A stretch of 63,856 nt of DNA from NCBI GenBank assembly GCA_963743305.1, contig CAVUPH010000036.1:1-63856 (forward strand), given 5' to 3'. This document shows, piece after piece, positions 50,725-59,585 of the stretch. The notes under the pieces are model-generated. The model ran no database searches and was not told the DNA's origin. It worked only from the letters and a program-made list of their open reading frames with translations. How positions within the stretch are numbered: position 1 is the first letter of the stretch; each line of letters starts with the position of its first letter. Source of the DNA: an uncultured delta proteobacterium. Its GTDB lineage: Bacteria; Desulfobacterota; RBG-13-43-22. The position numbers and the translations under genes are program-made.

Positions 50725-51510
50725 TTGGACCGGGGGCTCTCGGAGACGCTCTTCCCTTATTTCCAGTCCGGTGAATTCCGACAGCGGGCCGCCCTGGTGA
50801 CGGGCGGTTCCCGGGGAATCGGCCGAGCCATCGCACGGGGTTTGGCGTTGCTGGGCGCGGATTTGGTCGTGGGCTACCATCAGGATCGGCCTTCGGCCCT
50901 GGTCCTGCAAAAAGAGATCTTGGAACAGGGGGGGCATTGCCTTTTGGTTCAAGGCGATGTCTCAAACCAATCGACCCTGAAGGAAATGGCCGGGCAGGCC
51001 CTGGATCACTTCGGACGAATCGATATCTTGATCAACAACGCCGGACTGTTGCGGGATAAGTTGTTTCTCTTCCTCAAGGAAGAGGACTGGGATCGGGTGC
51101 TGAACGTGAATCTGAAAGGGGTCTATTGGGGCTGCCAGGCCGTAGTGAAAACCATGATCGGGCAGCGCTTCGGCCGGATCATCAACCTGACCTCCCCGAG
51201 CGCCTTGCTAGGACGGGCCGCGCAGACCAATTACGCCGCCGCCAAGGGAGGCGTAGTCAGTTTCACCCGCTCCCTGGCCCGTGAGTTAGCCCATAGCCGC
51301 ATCACGGTTAACGCCCTTCTACCGGGAGTCATTCAAACCGAAATGTTCGCGGGTTTACCGAAGAAGGTGCAAGAGGAACTGGAGCATCACATCCCTATGG
51401 GGCGACCGGGGAGCCCCGAAGAAGTGGTCGGAACGGCGCTTTTTCTGGCCTCTCCCCGGTCCGGGTACATTACCGGTCAAATCATGGCCGTAGACGGAGG
51501 ATTAACCTGA
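50725..51510 (+). CDS. fabG: 3-oxoacyl-ACP reductase (FabG-like SDR)
   Basis: TGGSRGIG, NNAG, NYAAAKGG, PG.IQTEM, YITGQ. Confidence 0.88.
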   Translation: MDRGLSETLFPYFQSGEFRQRAALVTGGSRGIGRAIARGLALLGADLVVGYHQDRPSALVLQKEILEQGGHCLLVQGDVSNQSTLKEMAGQALDHFGRIDILINNAGLLRDKLFLFLKEEDWDRVLNVNLKGVYWGCQAVVKTMIGQRFGRIINLTSPSALLGRAAQTNYAAAKGGVVSFTRSLARELAHSRITVNALLPGVIQTEMFAGLPKKVQEELEHHIPMGRPGSPEEVVGTALFLASPRSGYITGQIMAVDGGLT

Positions 51511-51518
51511 AAATAATT

Positions 51519-51812
51519 ATGGAAAAATATTCTTTGGAAGATATACCAGACACTCCGCGATTGATGGACTTCCTGCGCCGGATGATCATCGAGTCCTTAA
51601 AATTGGAAGACCTGGATCCGGCCGAGATCCAAGAGGACGAACCCTTGTTTGGCGAAGGACTGGGACTCGATTCTCTGGACGCCCTGGAATTGGTGGTGGC
51701 CATCGAAAAACTCTTCGGGGTGGTCATTGAAAACGAGGATCAGGGGAAGGAGGCCTTTGTCTCCCTGAGGGCGCTGGCCCTTTATATCCAGCAAGAGGTC
51801 GGCCGACCTTGA
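51519..51812 (+). CDS. Acyl carrier protein (aryl-polyene/dialkylresorcinol-type)
   Basis: EPLFGEGLGLDSLDALEL phosphopantetheine site. Confidence 0.9.
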   Translation: MEKYSLEDIPDTPRLMDFLRRMIIESLKLEDLDPAEIQEDEPLFGEGLGLDSLDALELVVAIEKLFGVVIENEDQGKEAFVSLRALALYIQQEVGRP

Positions 51813-52240
51813 GACAATGGATTGACGCCGAGGTCATAGTCCGATTCGAGGAGGTGGATCCCTGGCAGATCGTCTGGTATGGACGCTACCTCTCTTATTT
51901 TGAGGTGGCCCGGACGGTCCTGATGGAGAAATTCGACCTCCTGGCGGATCGCATTGTCTTCCTGGGCTATCGGACCCCGATCGTGTCCCTGCACTGCCAA
52001 TTCAAGGCCCCGGCCCGCTTCAACGACCGCCTTCAGGTCCGCGCCACCGTTAAGGTCCCGGAAACGGCCTCCCTGACCTTCCTGTTTGAAATCCATCGTC
52101 CACAGGACAAAGCGCTGATTGCCGTGGGAGAGACGACCCATGTGCTCCTGTCGGAGAAAGGGCAGATGATCTACAAGATCTCCGGGCCGCTTCGGGAACG
52201 GATCGACCGGATGGTGGCCTTTTGTAATCCCTCCTCCTGA
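51809..52240 (+). CDS. 4HBT/YbgC-family acyl-thioesterase
   Basis: VRFEEVD...IVWYGRY.SYFEVAR, FKAPARFND. Confidence 0.88.
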   Translation: MRQWIDAEVIVRFEEVDPWQIVWYGRYLSYFEVARTVLMEKFDLLADRIVFLGYRTPIVSLHCQFKAPARFNDRLQVRATVKVPETASLTFLFEIHRPQDKALIAVGETTHVLLSEKGQMIYKISGPLRERIDRMVAFCNPSS

Positions 52241-52250
52241 AAGGTGTCCG

Positions 52251-53504
52251 GTGCGTTCTTTTTTTGCTTTCCTGCGTCTCTCCGCCCTCCAACTGCGGTA
52301 TTATAAAACACGCTATCTGATCATGGGTCTGCTGCTGGTCCTGGGCTCCGGCTTCTTATTCATCTCTTTAGCCTATTTGCATTCCATTGAAAAATCCCTG
52401 GAGCAAGGGCTCATTACCCGGCTTTCCGGTCACCTGCAGGTCTATCCCCCGCAGGTCAAGGAGATCTCCTTTTATCAGGACCCGACCGGTCAAACCCCCT
52501 GGATTCAGGATCCTCGGCCTCTGGAAAAGGGCCTTCAGTCCCTGCCCGGCTTATTGGGTTCTACCCGGAGGATCCTGACCGGGGGATTGGTTCAAAAAGG
52601 GGAAAAATCCATGGGGGTCCTGATCGCCGGTATGGAAATGGGGAAAGAACAGGCCTTGCGAAACCGGGTGTCGCCCCGCCTGCCCACGGGCTTCGTCCCT
52701 TTATCCGACCAGGAAGTCTTAGTGGGCCGCGGGGTGGCCAAAGTCCTGAAGATCATCCCGGGCGATCGGATACCCCTGCTGGTGCCCAACGAATCCGGTT
52801 TTATCAGCGGTCGACGGTTTCTGGTTAAAGGCCTTTTTAGCACCCCCGGGCTCGACCCCATCGCCGAGTTATTTATCTACCTCAATCTATCCGCCCTTCA
52901 GCCTTTGCTCGGATTGGACCAAGAAATCGGTCATCTGGTCCTGTTCACCTCGGAGGGAATGGATCTGGACCTTTTCAAAGAACAGGTGGCCCGGAAGTTC
53001 AAGTCCTTGGGGTTGACGGCCAGTCTGTTCACCTGGGAGGAGGTGGGACGTCCATTCCTGGGGATCTTGAGCCTCAGTCGAATCTTTCTGGGCCTGACCA
53101 ACCTCTTAATCATCCTCATCATTTCCTTGTCCATTACCAATTCCACTTTGATGAGCCTCTTTGACCGGACGCCGGAATTGGGAACGCTGCTCATTCTGGG
53201 GACCCGGCGCGGGGCACTCTTTCAGCTCCTGTGGGGAGAATTGCTGCTTTTCGGCCTGATCGCCTTGTCTCTGGGTCTATTGTTGGGCTGGGTCCTGACT
53301 TCCATCCTGGGGCGGGTGGGGATCCCGGCTTTAAACCCGGCCATGGCCATGGCCTTCGGTCAGGAACGTCTTTATTTCTCAACCGACGGCCGGACCTGGA
53401 TTCTGGCTTTTTCCATTTCTTTGATCACCCTCTTCCTGGCCTCCCTCTGGCCTATCCTCCGGACCTGCCGGATGAACCCGGCTCAGGTCCTGAAAGAGCG
53501 CTAG
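52251..53504 (+). CDS. FtsX/MacB/LolE-type ABC permease
   Basis: 1+3 TM topology; SGHLQVY; MSLFDRTPELGTL..LG. Confidence 0.88.
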   Translation: MRSFFAFLRLSALQLRYYKTRYLIMGLLLVLGSGFLFISLAYLHSIEKSLEQGLITRLSGHLQVYPPQVKEISFYQDPTGQTPWIQDPRPLEKGLQSLPGLLGSTRRILTGGLVQKGEKSMGVLIAGMEMGKEQALRNRVSPRLPTGFVPLSDQEVLVGRGVAKVLKIIPGDRIPLLVPNESGFISGRRFLVKGLFSTPGLDPIAELFIYLNLSALQPLLGLDQEIGHLVLFTSEGMDLDLFKEQVARKFKSLGLTASLFTWEEVGRPFLGILSLSRIFLGLTNLLIILIISLSITNSTLMSLFDRTPELGTLLILGTRRGALFQLLWGELLLFGLIALSLGLLLGWVLTSILGRVGIPALNPAMAMAFGQERLYFSTDGRTWILAFSISLITLFLASLWPILRTCRMNPAQVLKER

Positions 53505-53518
53505 GCGGAAGGTGATCG

Positions 53519-54757
53519 ATGATGAAATTTCTGCTTTTTTTTCAATTGGCTTTTAAAAATCTCCGACGCTTTCGCCGGCGGACCCTCCTGGTGGGTTCAA
53601 CGGTTATCCTCTGCGCCGCTGTCCTGGTCTTTAACAATTCCCTGGGCAACGGGATCGAAGACCAACTGCTGAAAAACCTGATAGCCCTGCAAACCGGGCA
53701 CCTCCAGTTAACCCCTTTACCGACCGAGACTTCCGGGGCCGCCCCGATCTATTGGCAATCCGTTCCGCCGGCGCTCCTGGAATTTCTCACTAATCATCCG
53801 GACCGGTTAGCCTTTCATCCGCGCCTGGAAACGGCGGTGATGATTCAAGCCCGGGGACATACCATTACCCGGGCTTATCTGATGGGTCTGGAACCGGTCA
53901 AGGAATCTCCCTTCCTGGACTCCCTCCTCCCTATCCGGGAAGGCCGCCCTTTCTCGGCCCTGAAGGCCGGGGCCATTGTGCTGAGTGAAGAATATGCCCG
54001 CCGCTTAAACGTTTCCCCCGGGGAAACCGTAACGGTGACCGTTCATACCCCTTCGAGCGGAACCCGGATATTGGACCTTCGACTTTCCGGCATTTTCAAA
54101 AAAGCCAGCCCCTGGCAGGAATTTTTTCTGTTCGCCTCTCTCTCCTCGGTACAGGAACTCATGGAGGCCCCCGGCCAGGTCAGCTCCCTCAGGGTGGTGT
54201 TGAAAGACCCGGGGCGGATAGACCGGATGAAGGCCGCGCTGCAGAAAGTAATCGACCGTCATCGGCTTTCCTGGGGGGTGAAGGATTTTCGGGAAACAGG
54301 CGGTTTTTCGCTGGGCATTATCCAGGCCAACCATTTTTCCATTTTGCTGATGGATACCCTGCTGCTGGCCGTTACCGCCATTGGGATCAGCCTGCTGATC
54401 CTTTTGTCGCTCCAGTTGCGACTGCCCGAGTTGCGGATCTTAAGCCTCCTGGGCACTTCACCGGGTTGGATCCGCATCCTGGTGCTTCAGGAGGCGCTGC
54501 TTTTGGGTCTGATCTTCGGATTCACCGGCGCCTTACTGGGCCTGGGCTTTTCCGCCTATTTTCATTCCCAGGGGATTACGGTCCATTCCCTGCCCCTCAC
54601 CTATCTCCTGGGAAGCAGCCAACTGATCCCGGCGATTCGGCCCTTCGGGATTGCCCGAATGTTGCTCCTGATCTTAGGCTTATGCGTCCTTTCCGCCTTG
54701 ATCCCCATCTGGAGCATCCAACGCTACAATCTGGGAAACAGGAGGCGTTATGCCTGA
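53519..54757 (+). CDS. FtsX/MacB/LolE-type ABC permease
   Basis: LAFKNLRR.RRRT, TGHLQL, R.PEL.IL..LG. Confidence 0.88.
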   Translation: MMKFLLFFQLAFKNLRRFRRRTLLVGSTVILCAAVLVFNNSLGNGIEDQLLKNLIALQTGHLQLTPLPTETSGAAPIYWQSVPPALLEFLTNHPDRLAFHPRLETAVMIQARGHTITRAYLMGLEPVKESPFLDSLLPIREGRPFSALKAGAIVLSEEYARRLNVSPGETVTVTVHTPSSGTRILDLRLSGIFKKASPWQEFFLFASLSSVQELMEAPGQVSSLRVVLKDPGRIDRMKAALQKVIDRHRLSWGVKDFRETGGFSLGIIQANHFSILLMDTLLLAVTAIGISLLILLSLQLRLPELRILSLLGTSPGWIRILVLQEALLLGLIFGFTGALLGLGFSAYFHSQGITVHSLPLTYLLGSSQLIPAIRPFGIARMLLLILGLCVLSALIPIWSIQRYNLGNRRRYA

Positions 54758-55508
54758 GGGTTTTATTAAAACCCAACAGATTATTTTCTGGCTCTTCTGG
54801 GCCCTGCTCTCTGTGACGGGAATCCCGGCGGCCTCCGCCCAGGAAGGGACATTGAATCCCGAAGCCCTGATCCTCAAATACAAGCCGGTCCTGGCTCCGG
54901 AGACCTTCATCGCCCACCTTAAGCTGGAACTGGAACGATCGGGCCGGCCGGCGAAGCATTATCAAGTTGCCCTGTGGCAGAAAAATCCGGGGCTGGTCAG
55001 GCTCCTTTTTGAAGCCCCGCCTTCCGAGAAAGGCAAAATCTTGCTCAAGAAAAAGGATAAATATTTTCTGGCCCTCCCTGATTTGGGAGAAGTGATCCCG
55101 CTCCCCCCCTCCCGGATAAGTGACTGGGGCTTTTTCTACGCGGAGAACCTCTTTCCCTTTTATTTTCATAAGGACTTGGATTGGGGCCCGGTTCAGCCTA
55201 AGGCCGATCAGTGGACCCTCTCGATTAAACGAAAATCCGATTCAGCCCCCTGGATATCCTGCACGTTGGCCGGCCCGGAAGGACCCTTAACCCGGGTGTC
55301 CCTATTCGATCCTTCGGGGAAAAAGGTTAGAACCATCTCCATCGACTGGGAAGGGACCCCGCCCCATGAACGTCCGAAGCGCATGGTAGTCGAAAATTTC
55401 TTCCCGGAGCCTTATCGGGCCTGGATCCGTATCGAGGACCTGCGACTCAAACCGACCTTCCCGGCCCGGGCCTTTGAAATCGATCTCCCCGGGCCGACTG
55501 AAAAATAA
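54750..55508 (+). CDS. LolA-like outer-membrane lipoprotein-sorting family protein
   Basis: Signal peptide; RLLFEAPPSEKGKILL motif; lies between the permeases and the ATPase. Confidence 0.7.
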   Translation: MPEGFIKTQQIIFWLFWALLSVTGIPAASAQEGTLNPEALILKYKPVLAPETFIAHLKLELERSGRPAKHYQVALWQKNPGLVRLLFEAPPSEKGKILLKKKDKYFLALPDLGEVIPLPPSRISDWGFFYAENLFPFYFHKDLDWGPVQPKADQWTLSIKRKSDSAPWISCTLAGPEGPLTRVSLFDPSGKKVRTISIDWEGTPPHERPKRMVVENFFPEPYRAWIRIEDLRLKPTFPARAFEIDLPGPTEK

Positions 55509-55510
55509 GC

Positions 55511-56200
55511 ATGGACATCCTGCGGCTGGAAAAAGCCACCAAAGAGTACCTGCTGAAAGGGGAAACCATCCGGGTCCTGCGGGCCATTGATCTGGTTCTG
55601 GAGGCGGGTGAATTCGTGGCCCTCATGGGGCCCTCGGGAAGCGGGAAAACGACCTTGCTGCACTTGATGGGGGGGATCGATCCCCCCACCTCGGGAAAAA
55701 TTTTTCTGGGCGACCGGGAAATCTCCGGCCTGTCCCCGGGAGAATTGTCTCAGGTCCGCTTGTACCGGTTAGGCTTTATCTTCCAGGCCTATAACCTCCT
55801 GCCGGCCATGACCGTCCTGGATAATTGCGCCTACCCGCTGATCCTGCAGGGAATTCCCGGCGGAGAACGGAGGAGCAGGACCGAGGAAATGCTGGCCAGG
55901 GTGGGGATGAGCCACCGTCTCCGACATCACCCGGAGGATCTCTCCGGGGGGGAGCAGCAGCGGGTGGCCATTGCCCGGGCCTTGATCACTCGGCCTTTGC
56001 TGGTCCTGGCCGATGAACCCACCGCCCACCTGGACGCTGAAACCGGCCGGGAAATCATTGAGCTCATGCACCGACTCAACCAGGAGGAAGGCACCACTTT
56101 TTTATTCGCCACCCACGACCCGGCCCTCATCCGACAAACCCAGCGTATCCTGCGCCTGCAAGGGGGCCGTATCGTCGAGAACGAACCTTTAGCCTCTTAG
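55511..56200 (+). CDS. LolD/MacB-type ABC ATP-binding protein
   Basis: GPSGSGKT, GFIFQ.YNL, LSGGEQQRVAIARAL, LADEPT, ATHD. Confidence 0.95.
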   Translation: MDILRLEKATKEYLLKGETIRVLRAIDLVLEAGEFVALMGPSGSGKTTLLHLMGGIDPPTSGKIFLGDREISGLSPGELSQVRLYRLGFIFQAYNLLPAMTVLDNCAYPLILQGIPGGERRSRTEEMLARVGMSHRLRHHPEDLSGGEQQRVAIARALITRPLLVLADEPTAHLDAETGREIIELMHRLNQEEGTTFLFATHDPALIRQTQRILRLQGGRIVENEPLAS

Positions 56201-56392
56201 TATGTAAATACCCCCAGCCTCGGTCATTGCGAGCGGAGCGAAGCAATCCCCATCGACAGCTTAGAGGAACCCGGGAGCCAATTGGGGGATTGCTTCGTCG
56301 TTCCACTTCTCGCAATGACGTCTTTGCTGGCAAGTCCTTGTATTTTCATACTTCGCGGGTGCCCCGAGCGGCCTGGCGGTTTAGTACGAAAA
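56199..56392. repeat. REP doublet bracketed by short AT-rich inverted motifs
   Basis: GTCATTGCGAG..CGAAGCAATCCCC / GGGGATTGCTTCG..CTCGCAATGAC at 56223-56319. AGTATGTAAATA (56199), TATTTTCATACT (56341) and TTAGTACGAAAA (56381). Confidence 0.7.
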
Positions 56393-56475
56393 CAGGTTTT
56401 ACCTGCCGTAATACTCCCTCCCCCATAGTTGGTAAGTTATTTTTGAGTGGAGAGGCACTGAAAGATTAAACTCCG

Positions 56476-56552
56476 AACGCCCAACATCGAATGTTTAATG
56501 GGTTGTTTTTCATTCGAGGTTGGATGTTGGATGTTCAATGTTCGATGTTCAT
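56476..56552. repeat. Inverted heptamer tandem repeats
   Basis: AACGCCC-AACATCG-AATG facing CATTCG-AGGTTGG-ATGTTGG-ATGTTCA-ATGTTCG-ATGTTCA. Confidence 0.65.
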
Positions 56553-56588
56553 TTTCTTTCCTCGGGGTGCCTGCCCCGGCCAAGGAGA

Positions 56589-57071
56589 TCAATTCCCGCA
56601 AATAGGCGCCTGTTCATGGAAGACCCAGATGCGGGTATTCCAGCCGGGGATGTGCTGGGCCCGGCCGTACTTTTGTCGATACTCGGGATTCTTGGTCAAC
56701 CCCAGGGCGTGGTTGGAGTACTTCTTGTTATAGTGCCCCAGGTTTTCCAGGGCCAAATAATGCCCGCCCCGGCCGTTGGGATGTGCCTCGTAATCCACGT
56801 TCCAAGCTTCTTCCCATTGAATATACTTCGGACTCAACCCCGGCGGGGCATGGTTGTCGATCCCGTCCGGCGGGTAGCAGCCGCCATGGTCCCGGGCATA
56901 GGCTTCCAGGGCCTGGCTGATCCGGGTCGCCTGGGAGGCGAATTCCTTAAAAGGGGCCTCCCGGCTTCTGATGGTCTGGACAATGGCCAAGACGGTGATA
57001 ACCACCATCAAGACCCCGATGATCCACCAATCCCCGGAAGACATTCCCAGATACGATTTTCGAGTTTCCAT
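56589..57071 (-). CDS. Hypothetical pseudopilin (GspG)-like single-TM protein
   Basis: Short leader, hydrophobic helix, ISQALEAYARDHGGCYP resembling pseudopilin 'AL..Y..D.G.YP'; lacks the canonical G|FTLxE site. Confidence 0.5.
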   Translation of the reverse strand: METRKSYLGMSSGDWWIIGVLMVVITVLAIVQTIRSREAPFKEFASQATRISQALEAYARDHGGCYPPDGIDNHAPPGLSPKYIQWEEAWNVDYEAHPNGRGGHYLALENLGHYNKKYSNHALGLTKNPEYRQKYGRAQHIPGWNTRIWVFHEQAPICGN

Positions 57072-57272
57072 GGCCCGAAGATACTAAACGCGGATGATTT
57101 AAAAAGTCAAGCGGGCTCTTGGCCTCCTGGATTGTGACCCGCACCACCATCAAGAGATTAATTGACATTTTGAATGATTTAAGTAGGATATGATTAATTC
57201 GGGAGGCGGTCCGGGAATGACGATAAAGAACTGTTATTGCATGGGACCCTTGCCCGCACCGGGTTGCTGGTT

Positions 57273-57383
57273 GAACTCCCGTCCCGCGAGCTGCTCATCG
57301 AAAAACTGCACCGAGCGGTAAAATTGGCACGGGTGCGGTTGGGCGGGGGAATAGATGAACCGGCTGCAGCGAATCGGCCATAA
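57273..57383 (+). pseudogene. C-terminal remnant resembling a YhcG/DUF1016 PD-(D/E)XK nuclease
   Basis: ELPSRELLIEKLHRAVKLARVRL; no start codon or upstream body. Confidence 0.45.
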
Positions 57384-57537
57384 GGAATTTGCCGATTTCC
57401 TGCAGTCGCCCGAGGGACAGGAAATTTTCCTGAAATGGGGTTGGATGAAACCTTAGACGGCGACGCTTCGTTCATTTTAAGAAAGGATTCATTGCTATTT
57501 TCGTCGGATATATGATTTTGGCAAGAGCTACACGGTC

Positions 57538-57735
57538 ATGAGAACAACGGTGGACATAGAAGACGGCTTGTTTGAAAGGGCATCCGAATTGACCGGCATT
57601 AAGGAAAAAGCAATGTTGGTGAAACTTGGACTGGAGGCCCTGATAGCCAAAGAGAGCGCCCGGCGGCTGGCGAAACTCGGCGGAACGGAGAGGCAATTGA
57701 AGGCCACGTTGATGAGAAAATTAGCGGACCGATGA
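57538..57735 (+). CDS. vapB: VapB-type (DUF2191-like) antitoxin, orphan
   Basis: MRTTVDIED.L..RA.ELTGI.EK..LV..GLEALIA.ESARRLA.LGG. Confidence 0.8.
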   Translation: MRTTVDIEDGLFERASELTGIKEKAMLVKLGLEALIAKESARRLAKLGGTERQLKATLMRKLADR

Positions 57736-57975
57736 AGATGGTTCATGTAAATCCCTAGGGACCCAAGGATTTCAGCTTTGGGAAGGTGCTGCCTATTATG
57801 AAGCTGTTCTTGGGGCCGAAAAAGGCGAATTAGGGATTAATAATGCCTATTTCCGGTACGTTAGAATAGAACAACCAACAAGTTTGCGTGGCCCGATCCT
57901 CCAAGAAACGCAGGCACTCGGTCAAGCGTGGTATTAGACGGCACGGCCATCAACCGGAGAAAAGAAGGGTTCCAA

Positions 57976-59124
57976 TTGAAATTGAAACGTAGAAAGCCTT
58001 TCCATGGTATCTGCCTGGCCCTCTTGCTGAGCTTGTTTCTGGCGGTTGGCGCGAGTTCCGTCTGGGCCTTTGCCGAAGAGGAGTTAGGGTTCAGGGACCG
58101 GGATGGCACCTATTACCCGCCCAGTGGAGATTTTCCCGATAATCGGATCAGCACGATTCACGATGACCTCACCTTTGCCCTGGCCATTGCCGCCGGTTTC
58201 ACCGTAGCCGACAGTCAGACCTTAAGGATTTGGGATCAGTTGGTAGATTCGGAGAACCTGCCGAGTACGCCGGTCTCCTATACCTACGGCAATGCGGGAT
58301 TTGATACCCCGCCGAATCCCGCTTTAGCTTGCCTTGGCAAGAATCACGCCCGGCAAATCTGGCCTACCGACAAGTTTGATCCAAATATCTCGGCAGTCAC
58401 CTCTCGGTTCGGTCCCTACTCGCCCTTTTTCCACTTTCCTCACCTGACCGGCTCGGACCTGCAAGCGTTGCATGATTGGGCCTGGGGACTGACTGACTCA
58501 CTGCAAGGGTACGAAGCTTACGCTTGGGGCCGGCTGACGGACCTGACCCTGATGCAGGCCGTGCAAAATGGCGGCTGCCTCATCACCCGCACGGCAACGA
58601 TCGACATGCCCGTAGCGCCCGGCTCGTTCGAGGCCTTTGCCACCTATCTCCACTCTCTGGACGATGCCTACTCCCACGCGGATTGCCTGGGCGCACTGGC
58701 AACCCAAACGCCGCCTGCACCCTGGGGCACCCACACCGTGCCGATCGTTGGGGACACCAGTGTCTATGCCTGTGATTACAATCCCTCCCACCCCAAGAAT
58801 GACGATGCCCATGGCCGGGAATTTGGAAGCCTCTACGCTGACACCCAGCGGACGATCGCGGCCGCGCGCGCGGTTTACGCCGAGTTGTCGGCGCGCAGCC
58901 TTTCGCGTGAAGGGGTATATGCGCCCCTGCCATTGACGACGACTCTGACAATAAACGGCACGGAAACGACCCTCGACGGCGCCATCAGCCATTTCGTCAC
59001 CGATTGGAATTATGACGAACCGGCTTTTCGGCGCGAATATGCGGACAGTCTTGTACAGGCTTTGCTTTCAGCGCCACGAACGATGTTCACCCGAGTGTAT
59101 CTGCCCCTGGTGCTGCGTCCGTGA
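57976..59124 (+). CDS. Secreted hypothetical protein with Zn-phospholipase-C/DUF6765-like helical motifs and a C-terminal YLPLVLRP tail
   Basis: Signal peptide; IHDDLT..LA.AAGF...DQLVD, FFHFP, YLHSLDDAYSH. Start is 57976 or 57928. Confidence 0.65.
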   Translation: MKLKRRKPFHGICLALLLSLFLAVGASSVWAFAEEELGFRDRDGTYYPPSGDFPDNRISTIHDDLTFALAIAAGFTVADSQTLRIWDQLVDSENLPSTPVSYTYGNAGFDTPPNPALACLGKNHARQIWPTDKFDPNISAVTSRFGPYSPFFHFPHLTGSDLQALHDWAWGLTDSLQGYEAYAWGRLTDLTLMQAVQNGGCLITRTATIDMPVAPGSFEAFATYLHSLDDAYSHADCLGALATQTPPAPWGTHTVPIVGDTSVYACDYNPSHPKNDDAHGREFGSLYADTQRTIAAARAVYAELSARSLSREGVYAPLPLTTTLTINGTETTLDGAISHFVTDWNYDEPAFRREYADSLVQALLSAPRTMFTRVYLPLVLRP

Positions 59125-59483
59125 GCGAACCATCGGATTGACCGGCATGAAGCGAAGAACGAAGTGGGTAAAACTGGGACTTTTGACCCTATAAACGGTA
59201 CCCGTCCAAGCCGCTCTAAGGAAGCCTCCCAGGTTCTTTTCGTTTCGAAAAACCACCGGATTTCGATTCCACTGCCCGTCTTGTGGAATAAGGCCCCGAG
59301 GGGCCTCCAGGCCGGTTGCTCGGGACCTTTCTCCTTTCTTTGGTTCTTTTAGCTACCGCATTGCTCTCTAAATTCTGAAACTAATGTGCAGTTTTAATCA
59401 ATTAATTGTATAAGTTATATGCTTTATAAAATAAAGATTCCCCAATTTCATACCAACTCGACTCAATGACCCCCAATGTTCCC

Positions 59484-59562
59484 AACAGATTTGTTTTTTT
59501 ACTTGACATTCCATTTTTAAATAATTATTGTTGAAAACAGATTTGTTGCCAACAAATTTGTT
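59484..59562 (+). promoter_or_regulatory. Sigma70 promoter bracketed by three palindromic AACA(G/A)ATTTGTT boxes
   Basis: Boxes at 59484-59495, 59536-59547 and 59551-59562; TTGACA at 59503-59508. Confidence 0.7.
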
Positions 59563-59585
59563 TTTTTCGTATGGAGGTAGTTATA

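Noticed and set aside
56227-57137. Plus-strand ORFs 56227..56469, 56491..56733 and 56520..57137
   Set aside because: They are translations of REP and heptamer repeats and of the antisense strand of the 56589..57071 gene.
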